Source: Camelus ferus (lineage: Eukaryota). From it: a stretch of DNA of 64,000 nt. Positions 62,380-64,000 of the stretch are shown here, in pieces (within the stretch, counting starts at the first letter, position 1; every line of letters starts with the position of its first letter). The stretch lies in NCBI RefSeq assembly GCF_009834535.1, contig NC_045706.1, positions 52,452,001-52,516,000 on the forward strand. The letters run 5' to 3'. The notes below the pieces were generated by a model that was given only the letters and a program-made list of their open reading frames with translations, did no database searches and had not been told where the DNA came from. A program made the position numbers and the translations under genes.

Positions 62380-64000
62380 TTTGAAATAATGTTCTTATAA
62401 TATGTTTTGTAAAATTATGCATCTTCATCATGAATCTTTCAAATGATATCGCAAAGCATAAAGAAGAAAGAAAAGCATAACCAAAACAAACAAAAAAATC
62501 ATATCCAGAGCCACGTTTCCAATAAATAGCTCATAAAATGAGATAACATTTTTCGAGACTGCTCTTGTGCATCTATATGGATGGATAGATGGAAGGAAAT
62601 CTTACTAAATCAGGGTTATGCTCCCCATGTTATGTTAATAAATATATTAAATATAATTTTGTTTGATTTTAACAGGAAAAAAGTAAAACAATGAAAATGA
62701 AGGGAATTGCTTACGTTCAACTGTTTCTTTATATATAATATGGATAAAAATATTTTTAAATAAATAATATATTTTAAAATAGATATAAATGCCTAAATTA
62801 TCCAAGAATAAAAAAAAATGAACTTCCAACTTCAAGAGATTGTGGAAGTATTATTCTTCTTAAAATTCCATTTCAGTTGTGTTCAGTAGTGATCGAATTC
62901 ACACTAAGGGAGGGAAGAAGGTAGTCCTTTTACAGTTTCCGTCAAGACTCCTACCCCGACCTCCCAAATTTACTCAACCAAGAGTTGTAACATTTATATT
63001 CTGTAGTCAAAATGTCTAGAGGTTTGATCCTCTAAATTTTTCATTTGAATTGGTTTACTGCCCACACTCAACACCAGTCATTTCTTTGAAGTCTCTCCAT
63101 TTCTGCGTATTGTGTTTTTATTCTCTCTGCTTGATTAGATTTCATTGTGGAGTAATTTTCTCTAGAAAGAACTTCCTTGCCACATTCTGTGTTCTTCACC
63201 AGCCAAAATCATGCTTACATCTACTAACAAGATGTAAGACATTGTAATACTGGTTTAATGACTTTGAATATTGCATGCGTATTTTACTATGTAATCGTCA
63301 TTCTTTTTCATTAGGCTGGGTTTCATGATTGGGTGGTTTTATTCCCACCCCCCCCGCCCAAAAAAAAGGACTGAAGGTTGCTGTGTATTCAAGTTCTGTC
63401 ACATTTGAAAATGTCTTCACTTTGCTATTCTACTTGCTGTTCTAATCTAACAACTTGACCCCTTGTTACGTTCTGAAGTCTCACTGCCTTTCCCAGTGTT
63501 TATTGACATAGTTCCACTGTCTGTTACAGAAATCAGAGATTCTTTTTTCCCCTCTCAGTCAGTACTTATTTGTTTGTATGTTTTATCCCCAAATGAATGT
63601 CAGGAATAGAGGAAAACACCTAGTAAGCTTGATGTAATAATCAACACTCATTTTCAGCAAATTTTAGCATTCTGATTTATTCACATTGAATATCTTCGTC
63701 TTATAAAGTAAAGCATACAAACTCATGTACATCATCGTAAGTGCCCTTGCCTCATTCTGTTTCCCAGTACTCTTTTGCAGAGGAATCTCTTGTCCTTAAT
63801 TTGGTGTTTTCAATTCCTATACATGTTTTAATAGCATTCTTCCACATGTATGTATCCAAGAATTATATATATGTAGTATAATATTTTGCAGACTGTTTTC
63901 AGATTCATTTCAATGTTGTCATACAGGATTTATAGTTCACACCTGGCTTTTTTCTCTAGCATTGCCTTTGTAAGAGTTGTCAATGTTAGTATATATAGTT
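62380..64000 (-). mobile_element. Old L1ME/HAL1-like fragments
   Basis: T-rich antisense L1-like segments such as ttgaaaatgtcttcactttgc, gacatagttccactgtct and gttgtcatacagg...ctggctttttt. Confidence 0.5.

Noticed and set aside
63214-63238. 9-bp-stem hairpin CTTACATCT/AGATGTAAG
   Set aside because: Lies within old L1/HAL1-like DNA and is expected by chance.

Overview
Mammalian (eutherian) genomic DNA, not microbial. The one well-supported coding feature is the last exon of LRMDA (C10orf11; OCA7 gene) on the + strand at 35832-35911. It encodes (G)[25 protein letters not shown], which matches my recollection of the human C-terminus, and has an AATAAA at 35972-35977. Bases 1-35831 are therefore the distal end of LRMDA's last intron, and the rest is downstream intergenic DNA (towards KCNMA1 if human synteny holds). 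Young L1 tails look cetartiodactyl, most like camelid, and I saw no Alu, B1, Bov-A, CHR, PRE or SINEC elements; the species call is inference. Old repeats (L1M, L2, MIR, MLT1/2, MER5, HAL1) are dense at about 0-18 kb and 40-57 kb, while about 18.4-39.3 kb is repeat-poor and rich in enhancer-like motifs. Thirteen N-runs, all at least 128 bp, look like similarity masking rather than assembly gaps. Nearly all ORFs in the track are noise or N artefacts. The best leads are a textbook 3' splice site followed by an 8-nt microexon or recursive AG|GT site (28536-28590), a 110-nt candidate cassette exon (33331-33440) feeding the same alternative frame of the last exon, recurring MEIS + PBX-HOX motif pairs, a POU motif cluster and one strong CTCF site. 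All were identified by eye and are untested. Repeat subfamilies and boundaries are approximate.
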